Shown in pieces: positions 16,325 to 24,000 of a DNA stretch of 24,000 nt. The notes beneath the pieces were generated by a model. It saw nothing but the letters and a program-made list of their open reading frames with translations, was not told the origin of the DNA and did no database searches. The stretch's first letter is position 1. Every line of letters starts with the position of its first letter. The DNA lies in assembly GCF_037026475.1 (NCBI RefSeq), contig NZ_JAKUMO010000024.1, forward strand, positions 57,171 through 81,170. Reading direction: 5' to 3'. This DNA is from Ensifer sp. MJa1 (GTDB lineage Bacteria > Pseudomonadota > Alphaproteobacteria > Rhizobiales > Rhizobiaceae). A program made the translations under genes and the position numbers.

Positions 16325-16367
16325 GTAAGGTGGCACGATCTTTCGACTCCAGTGTTTGTGAAGCTCC

Positions 16368-16396
16368 GCGCCACCTCGGTTGCGCGGAGGTGGCGC
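16368..16396 (-). terminator. Stem-loop downstream of the APC permease gene
   Basis: GCGCCACCTC (16368-16377) pairs perfectly with GAGGTGGCGC (16387-16396): 10-bp stem, 9-nt loop, 20 nt after the permease stop. No U-tract. Confidence 0.45.
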
Positions 16397-16415
16397 ACGA
16401 GAGCCGGCGCGATTG

Positions 16416-17897
16416 CTAATCCGGACGCTGCTTCTCGCCCCAATGGCCGATCAATTGATATTCGGCTGGGCGGTTGCGGCGCATCCAGAGGGCGCGGCTG
16501 ATACCGACCGCCAGGACGACGAGATTGATGCTCGGAAGGATCCAGTTGATCGCTCCCTCCCGTCCGGTGAACATCGGTATGTTGCTGAGCACATAGAATA
16601 CGACCACGGCGAGCGAGATGACCGAAATCGCAGGAGCGACTTTGCCTTCCCACAACGAAACGCCCCGGCTGTCGCGCCAGAAGAACGCGAGAATAGACAA
16701 CGCTGTCAGCAGTTCCATTGCCGGAATACTGACTGCGACCGGCACGCTTCCGACGACGAAGAGGTCGAGGTATGGATCAAGCCCTTGCCGGGCGCAGAAC
16801 AACAGCACGATGGCACTGAAGGCAGTATGGCTCAGGCTTGCGACCCAGGCCGAGCCACTTGCCTTCGACTTCCGCGCAAATACGGGGTTGATGGCGCGGT
16901 CGCGCCCGAGCGCATAAAGATAGCGCGCGGTGGCGTTGTGGAAGGCAAGAATGGACGCAAACCAACTCCCGACGACAAGCAGCGTAATGACCTCGGCAAA
17001 ACCGGCCCCGACATACTGGCTCGCGGCCATGGTGAACATCTCGGTCGGCTTCTCGTTTGCAACAGCGACAGCCGTGCTGCCGAAGCCTTGCACGATGGCC
17101 CAGGTAACGATCGCCTGAAACAAGGCGATCAGGCCGATGGAGGCGAAGGTCGCCTTGCGCACCGTCGCCACGGGATCGCGCACATCCTCTCGAAAAAGCG
17201 CGGTGGCCTCGAAGCCGGCAAAGGCAGCAAAGACGACCAGCAGGACAACGCCAATCTCTCCGCCGGCTATGGTGTCCGGCCGAAACGGCTGGAGCGATAG
17301 TCCCTCGGCACCTCCCGCGGCGACGATGCCGGTTGAAAGCACGAGCAAGACCGCGACTTCGACCAGCATGATGATGCCGAGAACACGGATGTTCAGTTCG
17401 ACATTCAGGACGCCAAGGATACCCATCGCCGCCAATGCCCCAAACGCCCATGGCTCCCAGGAAGTTTGCACACCCGTCATCGAGGCCATCGCCTGGCTTG
17501 CAAACACGGCGAAGGGGCCGATCGCTCCCGTCGCCGCAATCGCATAGGCAAGGACGGCGACGAAGGCGGTACCAAGGCCGAGCGGGCGACCGAGGCCAGC
17601 GGCAATATAGGAAAAAAGCGCACCTGCGTTGGGCACGAAGCGCGTCATCGCGGTGTAGCCGACCGCGAAGATCGCGAGGAATGCGCCGACCACCAGGAAC
17701 ATGCCCGCGGTTCCGATGCCGCCCCGCCCGATCGCCAGCGGCGTTGAGCCGACTGCAAAGCCGAGAGGGGCGGCCGCCGCCACGACAAAGAACACCACGT
17801 CTTTCGCACCGAGCCGCCCTCCCCTGGCGCCTGTCGGCGCATCGGCCAAGCCTTGCGCCCCTGGCCCGGGTTCATCCGACGAATATATATTGGTCAT
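16416..17897 (-). CDS. APC-superfamily amino acid/polyamine-type permease
   Basis: 493 aa, highly hydrophobic with about 12 predicted TM stretches, e.g. VVFFVVAAAAPLGFAVGSTPLAIG, MFLVVGAFLAIFAVGYTAM and PNAGALFSYIAAGLG. ATG at 17897 is preceded by AGGGGA. Confidence 0.85.
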   Translation of the reverse strand: MTNIYSSDEPGPGAQGLADAPTGARGGRLGAKDVVFFVVAAAAPLGFAVGSTPLAIGRGGIGTAGMFLVVGAFLAIFAVGYTAMTRFVPNAGALFSYIAAGLGRPLGLGTAFVAVLAYAIAATGAIGPFAVFASQAMASMTGVQTSWEPWAFGALAAMGILGVLNVELNIRVLGIIMLVEVAVLLVLSTGIVAAGGAEGLSLQPFRPDTIAGGEIGVVLLVVFAAFAGFEATALFREDVRDPVATVRKATFASIGLIALFQAIVTWAIVQGFGSTAVAVANEKPTEMFTMAASQYVGAGFAEVITLLVVGSWFASILAFHNATARYLYALGRDRAINPVFARKSKASGSAWVASLSHTAFSAIVLLFCARQGLDPYLDLFVVGSVPVAVSIPAMELLTALSILAFFWRDSRGVSLWEGKVAPAISVISLAVVVFYVLSNIPMFTGREGAINWILPSINLVVLAVGISRALWMRRNRPAEYQLIGHWGEKQRPD

Positions 17898-17945
17898 CAC
17901 ATTCCCCTTTTTGTTGCTATTTGGAGCTTGCCTTGCGCGTTTTCG

Positions 17946-19526
17946 TCAGGCCGCCCTGCCGAAGCCGCCTCCGCCGCCGGTCATGATCGACAGCCGATCG
18001 CCCACAGCGAGCGAGATTCCGTTGGCTTTCAGAAGATCGTCCCGGTTGAAGCTGCCTGAGATTTCCACACGCGGCGGCAGGCCGGGCTCGCCGCCCATCA
18101 GCCCCCAGGCAGGCGTTACCGACCGATCCAGCCAGAGATAGATCTGGGTCGGCGCGTCGAAACGGTAGCGCCGCACGATACCGCAACCGCCGCGATGCTG
18201 ACCGGCCCCACCGGAACCGTCGCGAATGGCATATTCGGTGACGGTCACCGGATAGCGCGCTTCCAACGCCTCTACCGGTGTGTTCCGGAAGCTGCCGTTG
18301 AGCACATTGATGACGCCATCGGCACCGTCGGCCTTGGCCGATGCCCCCCATCCGCCGGCATGCGCCTCAACGCACATGTAAGACTGGTTCGGATCCCGTG
18401 GGTCCTGACCGGCGAAGTAGGTGATCATCGAGTCACCGAACTGCGCAGCGGTGACGCGATCGGGCAAGACGGCGGAAAACGCGCTGATGAAGAGGTCGAT
18501 CAAGAGACCGAACGACGAGTAGTACCAGGCACAGGCCGACGGCTCGAGCGCGTCATGCAGCGATCCCGGCCGGGTGATGATCTCGATGTTGCGGAAACAA
18601 CCGCCATCAAACGAGCGCTCCGGCGCCAGGAGCATCTTGTAGGCGACCCTGAGTGCGGCAACCGTCTGGGCGCGACCGCAGTTGATCGGTCCTCGCGTGG
18701 CGTCGGGACTTTCGCTGAGGTCGACGACCAGCCGCTCACCCTTGACATGGACCTTGATTGCGATCGGAACCGGCTGGCCTATCACGATGCCATCATTGTC
18801 CAGATAACCCTTGCCTTCGTAGGTTCCGTCAGGAATTGCCGCGACCGATTGGCGATCGGCCATCTCGCTTTGACGGAAGATCTCGTCGCGGCAGGCCTCG
18901 ACGGTGGCAAGGCCGAAGCGATTGATGATCTCCAGCATGCGCCGCTGACCCGTGCGGCAGGCGGCGATCATCGCGTTGATGTCACCAACGATCAGATCCT
19001 TGCTGCGGCTGTTCCGGCGAATGATGTCGATGATGTCTTCGACCGGGCCATACTTGTTGCCGATCTTCACCGGCCCGAAGCGTGTCCCTTCCTGATAGAC
19101 CTCGGTGGTCTCGGTTCCGCCGCCAGGATCACGCCCACCGACATCGGTGACGTCGGCACGTGCCGCAACATAGCCAACCAACTCGCCTTCGAGAAACAGC
19201 GGCGCGAACATCGTCACGTCGGTAAGATGCGTTCCCTGAATATAGGGGTCGTTGAAGAAGACGATATCGCCTTCCTGAAGCCAGGCTTTCCCGCCACGCA
19301 GCCGTACTGCTTCCTTGACCGCCTGATCGAGACTGCCGAGGAAGAGAGGCAGGCCGCTCGACTGGCCAAGAACGTCGGCATTGCGGTCGAGCAGCGCGAC
19401 GGCGGCATCGCCATTTTCATAGATCAGCGGCTGAAAGGCAGATCGCAGCAAGGTCGCCAGCATGTCGTCTGCCGCGGACAGGAACAGGTTTCGAACGATC
19501 TCGGTTGTAACGACGTCGACGGTCAT
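17946..19526 (-). CDS. hyuB: Hydantoinase B / oxoprolinase family protein (HyuB-like subunit)
   Basis: 526 aa from MTVDVVTTEIVRNLFLSAADDM. Contains FNDPYIQGTHLTDV, NCGRAQT and GGGGFG near the C-terminus, consistent with the Hydantoinase_B family. ATGA overlap with the hyuA stop at 19523-19526. Confidence 0.9.
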   Translation of the reverse strand: MTVDVVTTEIVRNLFLSAADDMLATLLRSAFQPLIYENGDAAVALLDRNADVLGQSSGLPLFLGSLDQAVKEAVRLRGGKAWLQEGDIVFFNDPYIQGTHLTDVTMFAPLFLEGELVGYVAARADVTDVGGRDPGGGTETTEVYQEGTRFGPVKIGNKYGPVEDIIDIIRRNSRSKDLIVGDINAMIAACRTGQRRMLEIINRFGLATVEACRDEIFRQSEMADRQSVAAIPDGTYEGKGYLDNDGIVIGQPVPIAIKVHVKGERLVVDLSESPDATRGPINCGRAQTVAALRVAYKMLLAPERSFDGGCFRNIEIITRPGSLHDALEPSACAWYYSSFGLLIDLFISAFSAVLPDRVTAAQFGDSMITYFAGQDPRDPNQSYMCVEAHAGGWGASAKADGADGVINVLNGSFRNTPVEALEARYPVTVTEYAIRDGSGGAGQHRGGCGIVRRYRFDAPTQIYLWLDRSVTPAWGLMGGEPGLPPRVEISGSFNRDDLLKANGISLAVGDRLSIMTGGGGGFGRAA

Positions 19527-21535
19527 GAGTTGATCTTCCTGAGGATAAGAGTACCGAACTGTTGTTGACGCGCGGCCCATCCGGGCGGCACCAGCGTGGT
19601 CGAACCATCTTCCAAAATGATCGCTGGGCCGGTGATGACGTCCTGACGCTCGAGGGCTTCGCGATGGACGATGCGCGCCTCATGGCGCTTGCCGTCGATC
19701 GTCACGGTCCGCTTCGTTTCGCCTCGCCCTTCAGCCGGCGTTTGACGGTCGATGAAATCGGCACCGATCCTCCCGGTCGCGGCAAGCCGCATCTGGACGA
19801 GTTCGACCGGGGCACCCGGCATCGCGTGCCCGAAGCGCTGACGATAGGTGTCGTGGAACGCCTGCAGCAGACTTTCCGGATCGACCATCTCTACGGAGAC
19901 CGGATGGGCCTGGCCGGCATAGCGCATCTCCACTGTCGCGATGTAGCTGGATGCCGCTTCCTCGACACGTTCCTCCTTCAGAAGGCGGGCGCCCTGCTCA
20001 CGAAGCAGATCATGTGTCCGCTGCAACAGCGAACTGGCATTCGGGTCATGGGCGAGACCGCTGAGCGGCGCCGAGACGTCATGGCGAATATCGGCATGCA
20101 GCATGCCCCAGGCGGACAGGACGCCCGTGCCGAAGGGAACAATGACCTCGGAGATGCCGAGTTCGTCAGCCAGGGCCGCGCCGTGCAACGGACCTGCCCC
20201 ACCAAAGGCAAGGAGCGAGAAGTCGCGGGGATCGATGCCGCGGCGCATCGTCAATGTGCGGATGGCATTGGCCATCATCGCGTTTGCTACCGCGAGCACA
20301 CCGGCCGCGGCCGCGTCAACGTCGATACCGAGGTCGTGGGCAAGCGACCCCATCGCCTCCCGGGCGGCGTGAACATCAAGGTTCATACGACCGCCAAGGA
20401 ACCAGTCTGGATCAATCCGCCCCAAGAGAAGCTGCGCATCCGTAACGGTCGGCTGCGTTCCGCCGAGCCCGTAGCAGGCTGGACCCGGATTGGCGCCGGC
20501 GCTCAACGGCCCGACGCGCAATCCGCCAGCCTCCGCCCGTGCGATCGATCCGCCGCCAGCACCGATCGTGTGCAATTCCACCACCGGCATCTTCATCACG
20601 TTGTCGGCGATATCGCCTTCCGCAGACAGGGTCATTCGCCCGCCGATCACCAGGCTCACGTCCGACGAGGTGCCGCCCATATCGATCGCGATGATGTTCG
20701 GCCGGTTCAACGACTTCGAAATGGTCTCGGCGGCAACCACTCCGCCGGCCGGACCCGACAGGATCGTCTGAATGGGCTGACGCGCAACGAGTTCGGCCGA
20801 ACAAATGCCGCCGCTCGAACGCATCACGTGCAGGGGTGCTACACATTCCCGCGCGCCAAGTTCGCTTACAAGTGCGGCAAGATAGGTTTCGACCGTGCGG
20901 GCAACATAACCCGTTGCGACTGTCGTCGACGTCCTCTCGAACTCTCCTTGCTCCGGCGCGATTTCGTGCGAAAGCACCACGGAGACCTGCGGTAGCCGCT
21001 TCTGCAGCAGGGCCCTGAATTCCAGCTCATGCGCAGGGTTCTTGTGGGCGTGTAAAAAGCATACGGCGACGCTGCGCACGCCTTCGGCGCTCAGCCACCC
21101 CGCAAACTTGTCGACGTCCGCCACGTCAAGTCGTGCCTCGACGTTGCCATCATGACGAATGCGCTCGCGAACCGTATAAATGTCCTGCGGGGCAACAAGC
21201 GGATCGGGCTTTTTGGGCTTGAGGCTCCAGATGTCCTTGTTGCCTGCTCGCCCGAGCGACAGCACATCGTGAAATCCTTCAGTGGTCACGAGCGCGATCC
21301 GCTCGCCGGTACGGGACAGAATGGCGTTCAGTCCCGCCGTGGTGCCATGGACGAGAAAATCGATATCCCTGGCAATGCCAAGTTCATCCAAGCCTCGCAG
21401 CATGCCCTTTGCAGGCTCACGGGGTGTGCTCAGCACCTTGTATGTTCGAGTGCTGTTCGCGTGGGTATCCATGATGACGATATCAGTGAACGTTCCTCCG
21501 ATATCGACCCCGACACGCAAATGGGGCGAACTCAT
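19523..21535 (-). CDS. hyuA: Hydantoinase A / oxoprolinase family protein (HyuA-like subunit)
   Basis: 670 aa from MSSPHLRVGVDIGGTFTDIVIMD, with IAIDMGGTSSDVSL and ELHTIGAGGGSIA (acetate/sugar-kinase-like ATPase fold motifs of Hydantoinase_A). RBS GGAGGAAGAA favours ATG at 21535 over 21556. Confidence 0.9.
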   Translation of the reverse strand: MSSPHLRVGVDIGGTFTDIVIMDTHANSTRTYKVLSTPREPAKGMLRGLDELGIARDIDFLVHGTTAGLNAILSRTGERIALVTTEGFHDVLSLGRAGNKDIWSLKPKKPDPLVAPQDIYTVRERIRHDGNVEARLDVADVDKFAGWLSAEGVRSVAVCFLHAHKNPAHELEFRALLQKRLPQVSVVLSHEIAPEQGEFERTSTTVATGYVARTVETYLAALVSELGARECVAPLHVMRSSGGICSAELVARQPIQTILSGPAGGVVAAETISKSLNRPNIIAIDMGGTSSDVSLVIGGRMTLSAEGDIADNVMKMPVVELHTIGAGGGSIARAEAGGLRVGPLSAGANPGPACYGLGGTQPTVTDAQLLLGRIDPDWFLGGRMNLDVHAAREAMGSLAHDLGIDVDAAAAGVLAVANAMMANAIRTLTMRRGIDPRDFSLLAFGGAGPLHGAALADELGISEVIVPFGTGVLSAWGMLHADIRHDVSAPLSGLAHDPNASSLLQRTHDLLREQGARLLKEERVEEAASSYIATVEMRYAGQAHPVSVEMVDPESLLQAFHDTYRQRFGHAMPGAPVELVQMRLAATGRIGADFIDRQTPAEGRGETKRTVTIDGKRHEARIVHREALERQDVITGPAIILEDGSTTLVPPGWAARQQQFGTLILRKINS

Positions 21536-21593
21536 TTCTTCCTCCAATTCTATCATGTATTCAGTGGATTACGCGTTCGAGCGCAGCCGCCGG

Positions 21594-21932
21594 CTAGCGG
21601 GATACGGATGTGTTCTGGTGCGTGGCGAGGCGTGCAACCTCGTAGAGCCTCGCAGGCCCCACCACGCCACCCTCTTCGGCAAGCAACGGCAGCATCTGCA
21701 CGCCATCCTCGTGTCGCCCGGCAGAGCAAAGCCAAGTCCGGTAGCTCTCGACCGACGCCCAGAGCGCCGTCACAAGGACTTCTTCGCCATCAGGCAAAAG
21801 GTTCTGAATCTCGACGCCGAGGCACCCCGGAGATGCCAGGGCCCGCTCCGGGATCTTTCGGGCCTCGAAGAACCGGACCAACTCCTGGCTCTGCCCCGCT
21901 TTTGGCTTCAAACTCAGCACACTTCTAATCAT
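21594..21932 (-). CDS. ABM (antibiotic biosynthesis monooxygenase / Dabb) fold protein
   Basis: 112 aa from MIRSVLSLKPKAGQSQELVRFFEA...SPGCLGVEIQNLLPDGEEVLVTALWASVESYRTWLCS. The length and the beta-alpha-beta pattern with PGCL...W.S...Y..W fit the ABM domain. The RBS is weak, so the start is uncertain. Confidence 0.6.
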   Translation of the reverse strand: MIRSVLSLKPKAGQSQELVRFFEARKIPERALASPGCLGVEIQNLLPDGEEVLVTALWASVESYRTWLCSAGRHEDGVQMLPLLAEEGGVVGPARLYEVARLATHQNTSVSR

Positions 21933-21952
21933 GAGCTTCTCGCTGTCAGTTT

Positions 21953-21974
21953 GGGTTGGCGCTGGCGCAAACCC
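21953..21974. promoter_or_regulatory. Near-perfect palindrome GGGTTGGCGC-TG-GCGCAAACCC upstream of the ABM gene
   Basis: 9 of 10 arm positions are complementary. The 2-nt centre is too short for an RNA hairpin loop, so a DNA-binding site is more likely. Lies 21 nt upstream of the ABM start. Confidence 0.3.
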
Positions 21975-22116
21975 GTTGAGCCTGTTCGGATCACTTTCTT
22001 GAGCCAACGAAGGGTCGTCTTCCGTCGGCGGACACCGGCGGAAAGTGCGACTGCGCTGGATCTGAATGTCGTCGTTGCGCGCTCTTACTCAGTGAGCGCC
22101 CGGTGCTTGCCGGCGA

Positions 22117-22704
22117 TTAGGCGTTGGTTTCCGCCACGTCTCCGAAGTACTCCATCGTGCACGTGTGGAGCATCACCGCGATGCGGTCTGTATGGTTCCA
22201 GGTCGTGTGCGTTCGGGTCGATGCGAAGTGCAGGGAATCGCCCTGCTCCAGCACATAAACCGTACCCTCCACCTCGACGGTCAGCGCGCCCTCGACCATG
22301 AAGATGAACTCCTCTCCCTCGTGGTGCATCGGCTCGGTGCGGCGCCCCGGCGGCTCGGTAATGAGGGCGCTGCTCAAGACACTTCCGGGAAACTTGGTGG
22401 AGAGGCGCTCGTAGGTCGCGGAGTTCGGGCCGATCGCGTATGGGACCCGCTTGTTGTGGCGGGTTTCGGCACTGTCCCCGGCCGGCTGATCCAAAAACAG
22501 ATTGATGGAACTGTCGAGCGCACGCGACAACGCGACCAGTGAAGTGAGCGACGGCATCGTCTGGCCGCGCTCGATCTGGGAAATGAAGCTAAAGGAGAGT
22601 CCCGACTTCTCGGCAACCTCCTTCAGGGTAAGCTTCAGCTCCTTTCGCCGACGGCGCAACCGTTCCGTTAGCGGCGTAGCGCCGGAGCCGATCGTCTGGT
22701 CCAC
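22117..22704 (-). CDS. XRE-family HTH plus C-terminal cupin transcriptional regulator
   Basis: LTERLRRRRKELKLTLKEVAEKSGLSFSFISQIERGQTMPSLTSLVALSRALD is an HTH_3 motif. HHEGEEFIFMVEGALTVEVEGTVYVLEQGDSLHF is a cupin motif. GTG at 22704 with GGGAGGG 7 nt upstream gives 195 aa, typical for this family. The track start at 22812 would run through the predicted promoter. Confidence 0.8.
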   Translation of the reverse strand: MDQTIGSGATPLTERLRRRRKELKLTLKEVAEKSGLSFSFISQIERGQTMPSLTSLVALSRALDSSINLFLDQPAGDSAETRHNKRVPYAIGPNSATYERLSTKFPGSVLSSALITEPPGRRTEPMHHEGEEFIFMVEGALTVEVEGTVYVLEQGDSLHFASTRTHTTWNHTDRIAVMLHTCTMEYFGDVAETNA

Positions 22705-22720
22705 AGTAAATCCCTCCCAG

Positions 22721-22741
22721 AATTGTGCTGTGGCTACAATT
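22721..22741. promoter_or_regulatory. Box 1, AATTGTGCTGTGGCTACAATT (AATTGT-N9-ACAATT)
   Basis: 6-bp perfect inverted arms. Overlaps the predicted -10/TSS of the regulator gene. Near-identical to box 2, 50 bp away. Confidence 0.45.
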
Positions 22742-22766
22742 TCATGCAAACCGGCGCCGCCGTCAA
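22739..22766 (-). promoter_or_regulatory. Sigma70-like promoter candidate for the XRE-cupin regulator
   Basis: On the minus strand, TTGACG (22766-22761), a 16-nt spacer, then TGAAAT (22744-22739). Confidence 0.3.
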
Positions 22767-22770
22767 GAGA

Positions 22771-22791
22771 AATTGTGATGTGGGTACAATT
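22771..22791. promoter_or_regulatory. Box 2, AATTGTGATGTGGGTACAATT (AATTGT-N9-ACAATT)
   Basis: Identical to box 1 at 19 of 21 positions, or 20 of 22 counting the shared following T. Lies just upstream of the predicted -35. Start-to-start distance is exactly 50 bp. Confidence 0.45.
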
Positions 22792-23015
22792 TTGTTGCCG
22801 TTGGCAATCCAAGCAACGTTCACTGAAGAAAACCGCCGGATCACGGAGCCCTTGAACCGTTCGATCGCCTTCGAAAGGCGCATTTTCCGTCGGATCGAAA
22901 TTTCCTTCGGGCTGACCTGACGATGTTTCATCGGCTGCCGTGTGAACACCTCAAGCGCGTCGTCGGAGAATTGCTGGCCGCGTCCAACAAGCGCGTCGGG
23001 CGACGAGCAACTCAC
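22785..23015 (-). pseudogene. Possible degraded C-terminal fragment of an IS256/mutator-family transposase
   Basis: Minus-strand translation ...SSPDALVGRGQQFSDDALEVFTRQPMKHRQV...SKAIERFKGSVIRRFSSVNVAWIANGNKIV loosely parallels the family pattern as recalled: FPK...EVLAF..FP.EHW.QI.STNP(I/L)ER.N.E(I)KRRT.VVGIFPNE.A.(I)V. There is an extra ~10-aa insertion and no upstream catalytic region. Weaker, frame-shifted and stop-containing similarity may extend to about 23200. Confidence 0.3.
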
Positions 23016-23274
23016 AGGGCGACGCTGACGCGCTCACTCAAGAAGGACGCGAAAGGCAAGTCGAAATCGATAGTTGAAGCCGAACACGCTCGGTCAGGCG
23101 GGATGGGAAGAGTTTGGCAAGGATCTGCGACTGGCGCTTTTGCTATCGCCAGCGCGAAGGCTGCGCCTTGGAGATCATCGACGAGGCTGGCTTCATGGCT
23201 TGTTAACCATGAATTGTGAAGATGTGCCCATCCGGTTGGCATGATGCCGACCGTTCCTATGGGGAAAATGGTGC

Positions 23275-24000
23275 ATGCGTAAGCCGCAAGATCAGAAGCT
23301 ATCCTCTGGCGCCCCCATCGAGCAGACCGGCTATATCGTCTCCCGCCGCACCGTGCTTTCCGGCCTCGGTATGATGACCCTGCTTGGCGCTTCCGGCTGC
23401 TCGCAGGCGCTCGAACTCCCGTCGCGGGGACCGATCGAGCCGTCTGGTGGTATGCCGCCTGCCGGCGTTGACCACATGCCGACCGGGTCCATCCGCCCGA
23501 TCCCACCGATCAGCGTCGACAGCAACATCACCGACAATGGCACGATGTATGCTTCGATGATCGACAATGGTTTCGTGATCCCGGCAATCCCGTACCAGAA
23601 GGTCAGGCCGGAATTCCGGCGTCAGATCGTTATCGATCCGACCGGCGAGGCGCCGGGCACGATCGTGGTAAGGCTCAACGAGCGGCATCTCTATTGGGTG
23701 CAGGAAGGCGGCGAAGCGATCCGCTACGGCGTCGGCATCGGCAAGGCCGGCTTCGAATGGAACGGCCGCGCCGAGATCCAGTACACGAAGCAGTGGCCGA
23801 CCTGGACGCCGCCCAAAGAGATGATCGCGCGCAAGCCGGAACTGGTGAAATGGTCGGGCGGCCAGCCGGGAGGGCTCGACAACCCGCTCGGCGCCCGCGC
23901 GCACTACATCTTTAAGGACGGCCACGACACTGGCTATCGCGTGCACGGCTCACCGGAATGGTGGACCATTGGCACTCAAGCATCTTCCGGCTGCGTGCGC
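23275..24000 (+). CDS. Lipoprotein L,D-transpeptidase (YkuD domain); 3' end beyond the window
   Basis: My own translation from ATG 23275 gives MRKPQDQKLSS...VLSGLGMMTLLGASGCSQ (lipobox LGASGC)...IVVRLNERHLYWVQEGGEAIRYGVGIGKAGFEWNGRAEI...GARAHYIF...GYRVHGSPEWWTIGTQASSGCVR, the catalytic H-G...S-x-G-C-x-R motif. The reading frame is open to position 24000. Confidence 0.85.
   Translation, partial: MRKPQDQKLSSGAPIEQTGYIVSRRTVLSGLGMMTLLGASGCSQALELPSRGPIEPSGGMPPAGVDHMPTGSIRPIPPISVDSNITDNGTMYASMIDNGFVIPAIPYQKVRPEFRRQIVIDPTGEAPGTIVVRLNERHLYWVQEGGEAIRYGVGIGKAGFEWNGRAEIQYTKQWPTWTPPKEMIARKPELVKWSGGQPGGLDNPLGARAHYIFKDGHDTGYRVHGSPEWWTIGTQASSGCVR

Noticed and set aside
16380-17300. 306-aa plus-strand ORF opposite the APC permease.
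   Set aside because: It is hydrophilic and Arg/Asp-rich, and it mirrors a membrane-protein gene. There is no RBS.
18195-20995. Plus-strand ORFs of 457 aa (18195-19568) and 477 aa (19562-20995) opposite hyuB and hyuA. Also 21152-21928 and 21282-22301.
   Set aside because: Shadow ORFs opposite strongly supported genes. The 21282-22301 ORF would span three real genes and two intergenic regions.
22923-23219. 98-aa plus-strand ORF, and the 164-aa minus-strand ORF at 23012-23506.
   Set aside because: Neither has an RBS or recognisable domains. The minus ORF runs antisense into the well-supported L,D-transpeptidase gene. The region is better explained as non-coding or possible IS-remnant DNA.
1-24000. 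Looked for CRISPR arrays, tRNA/rRNA genes, integrase or att-like direct repeats, and toxin-antitoxin pairs.
   Set aside because: I saw no regularly spaced repeats, no cloverleaf-compatible segments in the short intergenic gaps, no intact recombinase gene, and no small paired ORFs with RBS.

Overview
High-GC window with alphaproteobacterial, Rhizobiaceae-like codon usage. About 16 kb is a near-complete phenylacetate (paa) catabolic locus. A PaaN-type aldehyde dehydrogenase runs off the left edge on the minus strand, divergent from paaG-paaI-paaK-paaR(TetR) on the plus strand. A long minus-strand array follows: pac (penicillin-G-acylase type), paaX, paaJ, paaA, paaB, paaC, paaD, paaE, an extra PaaA-like ferritin-fold gene, paaZ and paaY. 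To the right sits a second minus-strand module of unknown substrate: XRE-cupin regulator, ABM-fold protein, hydantoinase/oxoprolinase HyuA and HyuB, and an APC permease. After that come a possible degraded transposase remnant and a partial lipoprotein L,D-transpeptidase gene at the right edge. The main points of interest are regulatory and architectural. (1) A 22-bp palindrome with core ACCG-NN-CG-NN-CGGT occurs three times, upstream of paaN/paaG, paaJ and pac, and matches the PaaR (TetR) operator pattern as I recall it from Corynebacterium. (2) A TGTCAC-N27-GTGACA split palindrome with PaaX-operator geometry lies upstream of paaJ. (3) Both PaaR and PaaX regulators are present in one locus. 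(4) pac is physically and apparently regulatorily embedded in the paa cluster. (5) The PaaA paralog keeps 4 of the 6 predicted diiron ligand positions. (6) A repeat hairpin element interrupts the operon between paaE and the paralog. (7) A truncated ProC-like gene stub marks a likely junction at the right end of the paa/pac block. (8) Twin AATTGT-N9-ACAATT boxes bracket the XRE-cupin regulator promoter. No rRNA, tRNA or CRISPR was seen. Family assignments come from reading the translations and recalling family motifs; no database search was run.
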